The notes beneath the pieces are model-generated. The model saw only the letters and a list, made by a program, of their open reading frames with translations. It had not been told where the DNA came from and did not search any database. This document shows, in pieces, positions 1-10,825 of a stretch of DNA of 64,000 nucleotides. Source of the DNA: an uncultured bacterium (GTDB taxonomy: Bacteria; Fidelibacterota; Marinisomatia; Marinisomatales; UBA1611); NCBI GenBank assembly GCA_943788175.1, contig CALSPG010000007.1:346258-410257 (forward strand), in the 5' to 3' direction. The translations under genes were made by a program, and so were the position numbers. Positions within the stretch are counted from its first letter, which is position 1. The number at the start of each line of letters is the position of its first letter.

Positions 1-820
1 ATAACGGGACCTTTAGGCGCTTATTTAAGTAGCACTGGCGACCTTCAGCCGCAAATTCAAGATGCTAGTATTAATATTTTATCATCTGGCCTCAGTATTC
101 CTGTTGTCGACTTAGGAGATTTAGGAAGTATTTATAAGTTTAATGAAGTCACTCAATTTAATTATCCTGATAATTCTCAGAATATTGATGTCATTAAGTA
201 CATGAATTCTTATGTAAAGCTTTCTGGGAAAATAGTATCAAGGTCAGATGATCTTGGTGGGGGTTCTAATATTGAATTGCAAGATGAAGAAGGCGCTTTT
301 ACTACGGTTAGAATATGGAATTCGAGCAATATATTGCTCGACGAATCAGGAGATATTACAAACACTTTGGTTGATTCCTCTGTTGAGGGTTGGTAGTAGC
401 GTAGAGATAAAAGGTATAGGCGGGCAATACTTAGGTTCAAGTCAGATTCAACCAGCATATGCCTCTGATATTTCAGAAAAACTAGAGGGTGAGGTTGGTA
501 GTTTTAAGGCAACATTAGATATCCCACCTTATCCATTTGTTCCTCAGCTTGGTGAGGTAATTAGCTTCAAATATAGTTTTCCATCTGATGCTAGAATTAA
601 ACTAAGAGTTTTTGATATTAATGGGCGATTAATTACTACCCTTTATGATGAATATCGGGGAGTTTCATTTGAAAAAACAGCTAGATGGAATGGGCGAGAC
701 AACTTAAATAGGTTGGTCCCAAGTGGTACCTATTTAATTCATTTAGACATTGTTAATTCTTTAACAGGAAAAAATTATCAGAAAATTGCCCCAGTAGTAA
801 TAGCCGCTTATGAGAATTAA
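1..820 (+). CDS. 5'-truncated exported protein with OB-fold-like segments and a C-terminal FlgD-Ig/T9SS-CTD-like domain; apparent single-base frameshift near 377
   Basis: Frame 1 is open from base 1 (ITGPLGAYLSSTGDLQPQI...) through ORF 202..396. Removing one C in gattcctctg joins it to ORF 248..820 (DSLLRVGSSVEIKGIGGQY...QIQP, OB-fold-like). The C-terminus PYPFVP...IKLRVFDINGRLITTL...WNGRDNLNRLVPSGTYLI is FlgD-Ig/CTD-like. Confidence 0.7.
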
Positions 821-821
821 T

Positions 822-1718
822 ATGAAACAAAACTTTATAAGTTTTTATATTTTTATGATTATTGCCTTTGGTAATGTCTTTTCTCAAGTGACTACTGAGC
901 AAATTTATTATGGTGCGAGCTCATTGTCTATGTCGGCAAGTGATATAGCCTTGCCTAAAAATTCATGGTCTCTTTTCGTAAATGCGGCTGGTATTGCCAG
1001 GCAGAAAGGCCTTTCATTAGTTGCAAGTTCACAATCTCATTTTAATCAAGACTATTTAAGTCACTCTCTTCTAGGCTTCCAGTTTAAAACTTCAAAATAT
1101 GGGGCCTATGGAATATCTGTTGAAAATTTTTCAGTTGATTATAGTGGGAGCAGTTTATCTGCTGAAACTGCCATTGGTTTTCACCAGGGAATAATGTTGC
1201 GATCAGACAGAAGCAGCTCTTTTTCGATAGGTTACGGAGTAAAATATTACAATATTGACTATGGTACCTCAGCAGGACCTTCTGGAGATGGTTCTGATGG
1301 AATAAAACTTGGCTCCTTAAGTACGTTTGGGCTGGACATAAGTTTTCTTGGGTCTTTAGCTGCTAGAATTAGAGTAGGCGCAAAAGCTTTAAACATTAAC
1401 AGTCCAACTCTAGGAGACGCAAATAATTCAACAAGACTTCCACAAAGATCTCAGATTGGTATCGCCTATTCGCCATATGATTTGGTCTGGACAACAGTTT
1501 CTCTTAATAAAAGTGTTGGTCATCCTACTCACTTTAGCAGCGGGCTTTCTTACGAAATACAAAAAAATATTTTTTTAAAAACTGGAATGCAGACTAGTCC
1601 AAATCGTTTCTCTTCGGGTTTTGAAGTTTATTTTAAAAAAATAAAAATTGATTATGGATTCATCACTCATCCAGTATTACCATTGTCTCATCAAATTTCA
1701 ATCGAGGTTAATCGTTAA
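822..1718 (+). CDS. PorV/PorQ-like outer-membrane beta-barrel protein
   Basis: ORF 810..1718, likely start ATG 822 (MKQNF). Signal peptide, N-terminal GASSLSMS...SLFVNAAGIA motif, amphipathic beta-strands, C-terminal DYGFITHPVLPLSHQISI as in PorV/PorQ-like proteins. Confidence 0.6.
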   Translation: MKQNFISFYIFMIIAFGNVFSQVTTEQIYYGASSLSMSASDIALPKNSWSLFVNAAGIARQKGLSLVASSQSHFNQDYLSHSLLGFQFKTSKYGAYGISVENFSVDYSGSSLSAETAIGFHQGIMLRSDRSSSFSIGYGVKYYNIDYGTSAGPSGDGSDGIKLGSLSTFGLDISFLGSLAARIRVGAKALNINSPTLGDANNSTRLPQRSQIGIAYSPYDLVWTTVSLNKSVGHPTHFSSGLSYEIQKNIFLKTGMQTSPNRFSSGFEVYFKKIKIDYGFITHPVLPLSHQISIEVNR

Positions 1719-4185
1719 TGAGATCACTTTTTTTTTATGTGTTCTCGATTACTCTTATCATTGGCCAAAAGATTTCGTTAAACTCGGCTTCAATCGAAGA
1801 TTTGAAGACCCTTCCACTATCTGAAAATCAAGTTGCTGATCTCTACGATTTTGTATTGTATCAAGGTCCTGTTAATGATGTTTATGATTTAGCCAAAATT
1901 TCAAGTTTTGAGCCTGAGAACATTAATGCTCTTAAATCTCTTATTAGTATAACAAGTAATGACGATACAAAAAAAAATGTATCCAGAATTAGTGACAGAT
2001 ATAGGAAGGTAGAAAATTGGACTTCTGAAGAAGGTGCTAACGAAGGTCTTGTAGAGGTATGGCTAGATAGGCTTGCTGAGCCAAAAAATATTAACACTGC
2101 AACCTGGAATGACTTAATGGCTTTACAAAATGTTAGTCCCGTTGATGCTGTTGCGGTCATGAAGAGAATCGAAGAAAGTAAAATAACGTACCCAAAAGCT
2201 CTAAGAGGAGCAATTGGTCTTAGCTATTGGGGTTATCGTAATATGGTTGACTTCTTTACATATGATGAAGAAGATACTACGGACTCTTTTCATCTTTGGT
2301 ATAACACTACATACAAAACGCTACCTTCTACGACTTCCTTTGATGATGAAGTAGGTTTAGTGATCAACTTAGTGATCACCCTGGAGACTTGCATCATAAA
2401 ATAGTTGCTACTTTTGGGAAACATTGGAAGTTATCATTAGCATCTCACAGGCAATTAGGTGAAAAAGTTTATGATTTCAAGATTGGTGATTTTGAGGTAC
2501 CTACTGCAAAATATTCTCTTACTTATAGGGATCTCAAGCTAGGCGGGTTAAAATTTGACAGGGTAATACTAGGAAACTTTTCTGCTACTATTGGTCAGGG
2601 TGTAATATTTGAAAATACAGATTTTTTCTCGCCTAGAAGATCTGGTTATAGTTGGAGCAGAAGAGTGCATGGTGTTTTTCCTGATATATCTAGGACCAGA
2701 GAGTATGCTTTAAAAGGACTCGCATTTCAAGCTGGTAATAAGCTGTTTGATGTTATGGGCTTTTTATCAAAAAATAAAAGAGATGCTATTCTAAACATAT
2801 CAGACAGTTCTGTTGCCTCTTTAATTACACTATATCCAAGAACAAATAATGGTTTTGGTGTAGAGTCTTTATTAATGCCAATGCTTGAGACTTTAGAAGA
2901 AGTGACTTATGGTGGTAGCATAAGACTTATTCCACTTTACGGTACTTTTATTGGTTTTTCAGCATATGAGAGTTTGTACGATAAGCCTTTAAGGCCTGAT
3001 ATAGCAACAACTGTAATAGCAGATGAAAGTGAAGGGAAATTTTTAACATCTATTGGGAATACAGCAGATACTGAAATCGCTGCAATGTATTCTAATTATG
3101 GTGAATCATCATTATGGGATAAAGCGAGATCTTTCCGGCGAGTTTTTGGCATGGATTTTTCAACAGTAATTAGAAATATAGCATTTCAAGGTGAATATGG
3201 TATATTAGATAAAAATGGTAATATGAGTGTTGAGGTATCAGACCCAAAAGCTTTTGTGTTTAGTGGTTATGCACAATTTAATAATTTTAGTATGTTAGTG
3301 GTTTATCGCGACTATGACTTAGAGTATGATAATCCGTATCAACGATCTTTTGCAAATTACCAGAGATATAAAGGTAGTATTTTCGAAGATACTTTTTATT
3401 TAGAAGATCCGATTTATGGATTTTTATACACGGGTCAAGCTCAGCCACAATCTGAAAAAGGCATATATGTAAATAGTAGATATCAGCCTCATCGCGCATT
3501 AGTTTTATCTGGAGACTTTGATACTTGGACTAGAGTTGCAGATCAAGCAAAGTACTACAGAACCGTAATGCGTGCTCAGTATAGACCCGTATTTAATTTG
3601 CGTTTTAGTATAAGGCACAAATGGCAAAAAAGAGGCTCAATGAATATTTTAGATCCGGCTGCTTATTATTCTCAAGAAACGATTATACGTTCGCAACTGA
3701 GATTATCTGGCTATGATCAGATCGAGTTGATGTGGGTACGCTCATGGGTCGACTTTTCTAACAGAAGGCGCTTAACTCTTGATCTTGCTTCAGGGGGAGA
3801 AGAATCATCTATGATTGGTAGTGCGGGTACGGGTAGTGAAGCAATTGGGTTTAAAATCACTCATAATTTCAATCAACGGATGAAAGCAATGGGGCAAGTA
3901 ATGTTCTACAATGGTTTTATTTGGAATTTTGAGGATACAGATTTTAGAGTTTTTGATAGCAATTCTGATGCAGTTCGGTATTGGATTTCATTATTTTCTC
4001 GTTTAAATGATCGTTGGGCAATTAGATTAAAATGGACAGTTGATAGTTCTGCGCCAGTAACAAATTATATTTTTGAACCTAGTGATCCAACAGGTCAATA
4101 TCCTGATCAACGGGTAAGTTGGAAAACTGTTAGTGGAGAAAATTTCACAAATGATATTAGATTACAGATAGATTATGCTTTTTAA
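1718..4185 (+). CDS. ComEA-like helix-hairpin-helix DNA-binding protein fused to a C-terminal outer-membrane beta-barrel; apparent frameshift near 2360
   Basis: ORF 1718..2404 has two HhH motifs (ISLNSASIEDLKTLP, NINTATWNDLMALQNV). ORF 2389..4185 has LGNFSATIGQGVIF and ends IRLQIDYAF. The second frame is open upstream to about 2362 (DQLSDHPGDLHHKIV), so one missing base joins the two. Confidence 0.7.
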
Positions 4186-5485
4186 ATTAAAAAATAAAAT
4201 TAAAATCATTGGATTGTTTGCGATGAACCTTGTTTTTAGTCAACAATATTTTTCGCCATTAATCCCCTCTAATAACTTTTTATCAAGCGCAAGTATGCTA
4301 GCAAAAGGTGGAGAGTTTTCAGGGTTATTTTCTCATTCTGTTTTTTCAAAGTATGGTGAGGTGTTTAATTTTGAGTTTGATCTTACTAGGAACTCATATG
4401 CAGAACGTAGAAGTGTTCCAGTAATAGATATGTTTGATGATGTTGTAACTCAAAATGTATATGCTCTCAATAGGCCAGCTTTCGCTTCAATTTCATGGTC
4501 TTTATCTGGCAGTGTAAATAATTATTTAAAATTACCCGTTTCCTTGTCGGTATCTGATTCTCCTTACTGGGATTTTAGATATGACTATTCTGAAGAAGTT
4601 CGAGCTAGTCTTGGTCCAGGAGTCTATAATCGTGACCCTGTAGTTGGCTATCATCTGATAAATATAGATGGAGTTATTCGCTCACTTAAAATTGGAATAG
4701 CATCAAAAATTAATAGTTGGTTGAAAATGGGAGTTCTTTTAGATAATCTTTATGAAGATGAGTTGTTTTATATGAAAGGTGTTAATGTGTTTGAAAAAGA
4801 TGACGCCTTGGCCAGTGATACAACCCTATTAAAAGATATAAACATGTCTGTTGAAAATGTTAGTCGTTTTACGTTTGGAGCAACAGTTGATTTGAAAAGG
4901 AATATATCTATCGCTCTTTCCGTAACCCCTTCAACAGAAATAAAATTTTTGACAGATGGCTTAATACCTTCTATTGATGAAAAAACTCAACTACCAAGTT
5001 TCAATTTTAGTGATACTTCTTCAAATTATAGTATTACTCTTCCTCAAGAAATTAATCTTGGCTTTTCTATACAGGTAAATAATCCTACTAAAACAAATAT
5101 TACAGGTGGGTTAATTTTTAAAGATTGGGAAAATCATGACATTTATAAAGTATATCATTCATCTACAGATACATCAACTCACAATTATCAATCGACAATA
5201 GGTTTATCTGTTGGTGTAGAACACCTAATTTTAGGAAAAACACCGTTTAGGTTTGGTTTTATTTATAGTGACTCTCCACTTGGAGAGGAGTTTGAGATAA
5301 CAAAAGTTACTCTTGGAAGTGGTTGGGCATATAATAATATAAGTTTTGATGTCGTTGCAGTTTTTGGATCAGTTGATTACAGGTATGGAGATTTATTTCC
5401 ATCTATTGCACAAGAGAATTTATCATTAGATAGGATTGATGAAAAAAATACAGTGTTAAAGGCTACAATTAATTATTCTTTTTAA
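4175..5485 (+). CDS. outer-membrane beta-barrel protein (FadL/OmpP1-like)
   Basis: Signal peptide, ITLPQEINLGFS, LSVGVEH...PFRFGF...TLGSGW strands and terminal ATINYSF. Confidence 0.55.
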   Translation: MLFKLKNKIKIIGLFAMNLVFSQQYFSPLIPSNNFLSSASMLAKGGEFSGLFSHSVFSKYGEVFNFEFDLTRNSYAERRSVPVIDMFDDVVTQNVYALNRPAFASISWSLSGSVNNYLKLPVSLSVSDSPYWDFRYDYSEEVRASLGPGVYNRDPVVGYHLINIDGVIRSLKIGIASKINSWLKMGVLLDNLYEDELFYMKGVNVFEKDDALASDTTLLKDINMSVENVSRFTFGATVDLKRNISIALSVTPSTEIKFLTDGLIPSIDEKTQLPSFNFSDTSSNYSITLPQEINLGFSIQVNNPTKTNITGGLIFKDWENHDIYKVYHSSTDTSTHNYQSTIGLSVGVEHLILGKTPFRFGFIYSDSPLGEEFEITKVTLGSGWAYNNISFDVVAVFGSVDYRYGDLFPSIAQENLSLDRIDEKNTVLKATINYSF

Positions 5486-5507
5486 TTAATGTTATAATAC
5501 TAAAAAA

Positions 5508-7409
5508 ATGAAAAGAATACTCCCGTTAATTCTATTTATTATTTTTGCCAGCTCTATTTATTCTAGGTCTTCCAAATTGCACCTTGTTTTTACAAATAAC
5601 ATCCATGGCGCTATTCATGAGCTTCCAGCGCGATTTATTAATCCTGAGTTTTCTCCTCTTCTAGCTGGAGGAGCTGGTGCCTATACCTATGTAACTAATC
5701 TAAGAAAAGAAGCTAGTGAAGCTGGTGATTTTGTCATTCTTACAGACGCCGGTAGTTTATTTCAAGGAACTCAGTTGGGAACAGATGATGGTGGAACAAA
5801 AATAATGAAATGGATGAATTGGATGGCGTATGATGCATTTGTTCCTGGAGTAAGAGATTTTGACCAAGGTGTTGAGAATTTAGAAAGATTGAAAAAAGAA
5901 TCGAATTTTCCATTTCTTGCTTCCAACCTCAAAGGAGTAAGTGGGATAGATAATTATAAAGTTATTGATGCCAATGGAATAAAAATAGGACTCATAGGTT
6001 TAATCACTCCATTTTTATTTGACGGATTAGTGCCTGAAAATTATGAAGGTGTAGAAGTCCTTGATTTACTAGAAACTTTAAATACTCAAATCGAAACTAT
6101 TCGCAACGATGTTGATCTTATCTTTGTTTTATCTCATTTAGGTCTTCCATATAATCGAGAAGATGAGTACGAAAGTTTTATAAAAAAGGCATCTCAAGAA
6201 AAGTTAAAAATTAAAAATGCAATTGAGTTAGCTCATTTCACAAACGATGTAGACGTTATTATAACAGGTGGCGTGAGTAAAGGATATGATACGCCTTGGG
6301 TTGATCCGAATACTCATACTATTGTAGTTCAAAACTATGGAAATCTTACAGGTATAGGTCATCTCATATTGAATGTTGACAAAGAAAAAAAAATAATAAA
6401 AGATTATACTTTTCCAACTGAGCGTGGAATGATGGTCAATTTATTTACTGATGATATATGGCCTGATTTGGCAGTCCAAGATTCGATAAATGGTTGGGTA
6501 GATTCTATTTCTTCTCTTCATAATAGAGATTATACGAAGCAAATTTCAGAAATTGAAGAAACTGACTGTTCTTCTGATAATACTATTTCAAATTTCAATG
6601 AATTTGACGTCTCGTCTGTTGGAGATGATAAGCTATTAGATATTATGACATGGAACATGGAAAGATTTCCATTGAAAGGTGACACTACGATGAAAGCTGT
6701 TGCCGAAATAATACAAGATTTAAATGTTGATATTATCGGGGTGCAAGAGGTTATAAAGATTGGAGCTTTTTCTGAAATGATGTCTTGGTTGCCTAATTAT
6801 GATTTTGTGATAAGTAAGCAATCATCATTTTTAGAACAGGCGATTATTTATAAAAAAAATATGTTTACGGTTTTAGCTCAAGATGAGCCGTTTGCCATGG
6901 ACGATTATTATTTTGCTGGTCGCCCACCTTTGGTAGTCGATTTTCTTTATCATTGTGGAGATGTAAAAAAGGAAATTTGTATTGTTAATATGCATTTAAA
7001 ATGTTGTGGAGACGGTCTTTACAGAAGACAACAGTCTATGAAGCAATTACATGGATTTTTAAAAGAAAAATCTAAAAATGGTAAAGATAATATCATAGTA
7101 GTTGGAGATTGGAATGATCAATTGCAAGATACCGGTATTTATCAATCATTTAGTCCATTTATAAATGACCAAGAAAATTTTCTTTTTGTTACGAGTAGAA
7201 TAGTTAATGATCCTAATCAGCAATCATATCCTAGTTGGCCTAGTTTTTTAGATCATATTATGATAGGTCGTGGATACTTTGATGTTTTTGAAAAAGAAGG
7301 AATAGTGCGATCAGTCAATTTAGATGAATGGATCGGTGGCTGGGAAGAGTATGAAAGTATTATATCAGATCACAGGCCAATACTGCTTTCAATACCTATA
7401 GGGGAATGA
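5508..7409 (+). CDS. exported fusion of a degenerate 5'-nucleotidase-type metallophosphoesterase domain and an endonuclease/exonuclease/phosphatase (EEP) domain
   Basis: N-terminal UshA-like fold motifs (VFTNNIHG, DAGSLFQG, PFLASN, LSHLG). C-terminal EEP motifs TWNMERF, GVQEV, HLKCC, VGDWND, LDHI, SDHRP. Confidence 0.8.
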   Translation: MKRILPLILFIIFASSIYSRSSKLHLVFTNNIHGAIHELPARFINPEFSPLLAGGAGAYTYVTNLRKEASEAGDFVILTDAGSLFQGTQLGTDDGGTKIMKWMNWMAYDAFVPGVRDFDQGVENLERLKKESNFPFLASNLKGVSGIDNYKVIDANGIKIGLIGLITPFLFDGLVPENYEGVEVLDLLETLNTQIETIRNDVDLIFVLSHLGLPYNREDEYESFIKKASQEKLKIKNAIELAHFTNDVDVIITGGVSKGYDTPWVDPNTHTIVVQNYGNLTGIGHLILNVDKEKKIIKDYTFPTERGMMVNLFTDDIWPDLAVQDSINGWVDSISSLHNRDYTKQISEIEETDCSSDNTISNFNEFDVSSVGDDKLLDIMTWNMERFPLKGDTTMKAVAEIIQDLNVDIIGVQEVIKIGAFSEMMSWLPNYDFVISKQSSFLEQAIIYKKNMFTVLAQDEPFAMDDYYFAGRPPLVVDFLYHCGDVKKEICIVNMHLKCCGDGLYRRQQSMKQLHGFLKEKSKNGKDNIIVVGDWNDQLQDTGIYQSFSPFINDQENFLFVTSRIVNDPNQQSYPSWPSFLDHIMIGRGYFDVFEKEGIVRSVNLDEWIGGWEEYESIISDHRPILLSIPIGE

Positions 7410-8290
7410 AACTAGTTTATCCATTAGTTCTTGCCTCTATTTTTTTTTCTTGCGCCAGCCCCACTGAACAAGAAAATATTAATGGTGGTAGTTCAGTAGA
7501 GTTATTACCTAACCTTAATTTAGAAGATGGTATTGAAGTTGTGACCTGGAACATTGAATTTTTTCCAAAATTGGGCCAAAGAACAATAGATTCTGTAAAA
7601 AAAATTATAAAAACTTTAAATGCAGATATTTACTGTTTGCAAGAAATATCAAGTCGATACTCATTTGAAGAACTTGCAGAATCACTAACTGAATATGATT
7701 TTGTAATTTCAGAAGACACAGATTATTTAAATTTAGTTGTATTATACAAAAAAAATGATTTTGTAGTAAGAAGCCAATCTAGCTTATTTACCAATAGCGT
7801 TTATGAGTTTGCTTATCGGCCGCCGTTAAGATTAGAAATGACATATCTGGGGCAAAATGCATTTGATTTCACTCTTATTAATATGCATCTAAAATGCTGT
7901 AATAATGGTTATGATAGAAGAAAAGCTTCCGTGGACATACTGCATGATTATTTGAATAGTTCTGTTCAGTCTGGTATCGTTAATCATATTGTGGTTGGAG
8001 ATTGGAATGATGATATATCCGATAGCTATAATCAAAATTCTTTTAATATCTTTTTAGAAGATAATGATAACTATAGGTATGTCACTTATGATAATGCTCA
8101 TTCAAATACAAATATTTATGACTCCTTTCCGAGTTACCCGAGTTTTATAGATCATATAATGATATCTGCAGATTTATTTGAAAAAGAGGGCTCGGGTGAT
8201 GTACAAACTATCAGACTTGGTGATTATATTTCTGGATATGATGAAATAATTTCAGATCATCGACCAGTAGTTTGGAGATTTATACCATGA
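7406..8290 (+). CDS. EEP-family (DNase I-like) nuclease lipoprotein
   Basis: Lipobox-like IFFSC; motifs TWNIEFF, CLQEI, HLKCC, VGDWND, IDHI, SDHRP. ATGA overlap with the previous gene. Confidence 0.85.
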   Translation: MKLVYPLVLASIFFSCASPTEQENINGGSSVELLPNLNLEDGIEVVTWNIEFFPKLGQRTIDSVKKIIKTLNADIYCLQEISSRYSFEELAESLTEYDFVISEDTDYLNLVVLYKKNDFVVRSQSSLFTNSVYEFAYRPPLRLEMTYLGQNAFDFTLINMHLKCCNNGYDRRKASVDILHDYLNSSVQSGIVNHIVVGDWNDDISDSYNQNSFNIFLEDNDNYRYVTYDNAHSNTNIYDSFPSYPSFIDHIMISADLFEKEGSGDVQTIRLGDYISGYDEIISDHRPVVWRFIP

Positions 8291-9261
8291 AAAATTCTCT
8301 GATATTTTGTTTTTTAGTGACTTTACAATTTAGTCTAGCTGATGAAATATCATATCTACGCTATTATGCAAATGAAAAAAATTTTATTGCTAACGTACCA
8401 ATGAAAGCAACAAATAGGAGGGGGTATGATCATCTTACAGCATATTTCAATGATCGAAATTTGCCTGTGAAGCTTGAATATTATATTTCCAATGGCAGTT
8501 TGAAAAAACGAGAAGTAATGGAATATAATAGCGATAAAGTTTTGATACAAAAAGGAGAGGTAAATAGTAAAGGTGAGTTTTTAAAATTAGTTGTATATAG
8601 CAATAATGAACCCTGGAGTATTGAATTTCAAAAATCTAATTATATTGATAAAGAAGAAATTGATTTTGTAGATCAACGTTCTACTTTTATCATTCCAAGG
8701 GGGAAGCAAGTTACCCAAATAATATTTGAGACGATTGATGGCATGAAGTATGGAAAAATTGAACTGGATTATGATTACTTAGGCTACCTTTCTGAGGAAA
8801 GGTGGAGGGCTATTCCCTCAGGTGAAATAATCAGAAGATTTAATTATAAATTTGATTTGATGTCTAATGTCACTCAAATTTGGGAGTTTGGTAAAAATAG
8901 TGAACTGATTTCTGAAGTTGCATTGGACATGGTTCCAGCGGACCAATTATATCGAACACCTCCTCCAAGAACAGGAAACGTGTTAGATGAATATGATATT
9001 ATTAGAAAAGAAATTAAAGAGAAGAGAATTATTTCACCAAACAACTCTTTTATTCCCAGTACGAAATTTGATCAACTAGTATTGAAATCTGGACAGTCCT
9101 TTGAAGTAGACTTTATTGGTACAAATACCAATGGGATTCAATTTAAATTATTAGATAATAATGGTCTTTTAACTATTCCATTTGATAATGTACGTTCTTT
9201 GACCTCGCGCATGGGGGATGTAATTTATCCAGAGGCAATCGAGTTTAGGAAAAGCTATTGA
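8287..9261 (+). CDS. hypothetical exported protein
   Basis: ORF 8272..9261. Likely start ATG 8287 overlapping the previous stop (MKNSLIFCFLVTLQFSLA signal peptide). Confidence 0.65.
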   Translation: MKNSLIFCFLVTLQFSLADEISYLRYYANEKNFIANVPMKATNRRGYDHLTAYFNDRNLPVKLEYYISNGSLKKREVMEYNSDKVLIQKGEVNSKGEFLKLVVYSNNEPWSIEFQKSNYIDKEEIDFVDQRSTFIIPRGKQVTQIIFETIDGMKYGKIELDYDYLGYLSEERWRAIPSGEIIRRFNYKFDLMSNVTQIWEFGKNSELISEVALDMVPADQLYRTPPPRTGNVLDEYDIIRKEIKEKRIISPNNSFIPSTKFDQLVLKSGQSFEVDFIGTNTNGIQFKLLDNNGLLTIPFDNVRSLTSRMGDVIYPEAIEFRKSY

Positions 9262-10037
9262 AAAGAAATTTTATAACCTTATTTTTATTTTTTAATGTAT
9301 CGTTTAGTCAAACATATCCTACCGGTCAAAACTATCCGCCACCAACAGATTTAATTACTGTCCCAACAGCTGCAACACTAATGCGAGGTAGTTTTTCTTT
9401 AGGAATGCGCATTCAAGATGAGGGTGGAATGATTCTAGGCTTGAGAGCTGGAATTACAGATAGGTTTCAATTTGGTTTATCATATGGTTCATCAAACTTA
9501 ATAGGTGATGATAGTCTACGTTGGTACCCAAGGCCAGAGGCTAATTTAAAATATATGCTTATGGATGAATCTATCACAACGCCTGGTATTGCTATGGGCT
9601 TAAATACACAGGGCTTCGGCAATTTTAATTTAGGTGACTCGCTTAACCGATATGATATGAAAGCCTATGGTTTTTATCTAAGTGCAAGTAAAAATTGGAA
9701 AACAGGATTAGGCAATTTAGGAATGCACGGTGGAGTCAGTTACAATTTTACTGAAACAGATGATGGCGATGAAGACCCAAATTTATTCTTTGGAATGGAC
9801 ATAGAAATCAATCCTGAATTTTCACTTTTAATGGAGTATAATGCAGCGCTTAATGAAAATGATATGACAACTGAAACATTGGCAATTAGTAGAGGTGGAT
9901 ATCTGAATGCTGCGATTCGTTGGACATTTGTCGAACATCTGCACTTAGAATTAAACTTTAATAATTTATTATTTGATGAAGATAAAGTGGATTACTTCAA
10001 GCGAGAAATTAAAATTATTTACATCGAATATTTTTAG
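9258..10037 (+). CDS. YjbH-like outer-membrane beta-barrel protein
   Basis: TTG start, signal peptide, DLITVPTAATL motif, beta-strand pattern, terminal IIYIEYF. Confidence 0.6.
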   Translation: MKRNFITLFLFFNVSFSQTYPTGQNYPPPTDLITVPTAATLMRGSFSLGMRIQDEGGMILGLRAGITDRFQFGLSYGSSNLIGDDSLRWYPRPEANLKYMLMDESITTPGIAMGLNTQGFGNFNLGDSLNRYDMKAYGFYLSASKNWKTGLGNLGMHGGVSYNFTETDDGDEDPNLFFGMDIEINPEFSLLMEYNAALNENDMTTETLAISRGGYLNAAIRWTFVEHLHLELNFNNLLFDEDKVDYFKREIKIIYIEYF

Positions 10038-10042
10038 TCTGG

Positions 10043-10810
10043 ATGACAGAGAAAACCCTCCTTATTTCATTATTACTCGCCTTTAGTTTTGGCCAATCAG
10101 ATTTTCAAAAAGGCGTCACTCATTATAATAAAAGGCATGAAGGCTGTATCGAAGATAGAGCCAATCCCATGCAAATTGAGAGGGCAATTACTTATTTCGA
10201 AAATGTTTTGAGTAATGAAACAAATAAAAAAGAAGCCGCACTTTATTTACTAAAATCATATTACTTTAAAGGAAAATTCGCCGAAGAAGACAGGGATCTT
10301 AAAAAAAAGATTTTAAAAAAAGGCAAAGATTTTGGCCTAGGTTTAATCGAAGAATTTCCAAATTCAGTTGAATGCCGATACTGGTATCTCGTAAACCTTG
10401 GGAGCTGGGCAGAGGAATATGGAATCTTTGCAGCTGCGAAAGAGGGAGTAGCTGACCAGATGAAATATCACTCCGGGAAAATAATTTCACTTAACCCAGA
10501 ATATGAAAATGGGGCAGGCTATTTTTTGCTGGGTGCCGTTCATTACAAGGCTCCATATATTCCGTTTATATTATCTTGGCCAAATAATAAAGAAGCTATT
10601 AAATACTTACGATTAGCCTATGATACTGGTGATGTTGAAATTGCTCAAATGGTATATTTATCTCAGGCTCTGCACAAAGGTAAAAGAAAAGATGAGGCTA
10701 TTTTCCTTATTGAAAAAGCTATGAATGTAGAGCCATCAAAAGATAATTATGCATCAGATTGGGAATGGGTAAAAAAAGCTAAAAATATATTTCATAAATA
10801 TAAAAAGTAA
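10043..10810 (+). CDS. exported TPR-like helical repeat protein
   Basis: Signal peptide; TPR-like helices (AITYFENVL, AGYFLLGAVHY, AIKYLRLAY, AIFLIEKAM). Confidence 0.65.
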   Translation: MTEKTLLISLLLAFSFGQSDFQKGVTHYNKRHEGCIEDRANPMQIERAITYFENVLSNETNKKEAALYLLKSYYFKGKFAEEDRDLKKKILKKGKDFGLGLIEEFPNSVECRYWYLVNLGSWAEEYGIFAAAKEGVADQMKYHSGKIISLNPEYENGAGYFLLGAVHYKAPYIPFILSWPNNKEAIKYLRLAYDTGDVEIAQMVYLSQALHKGKRKDEAIFLIEKAMNVEPSKDNYASDWEWVKKAKNIFHKYKK

Positions 10811-10825
10811 ATTTTTGTAAATGAT

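Noticed and set aside
370-2390. Programmed frameshifting at about 377 and 2360 (also 32421)
   Set aside because: No slippery heptamer or stimulatory structure is evident, and single-base corrections restore coherent proteins.
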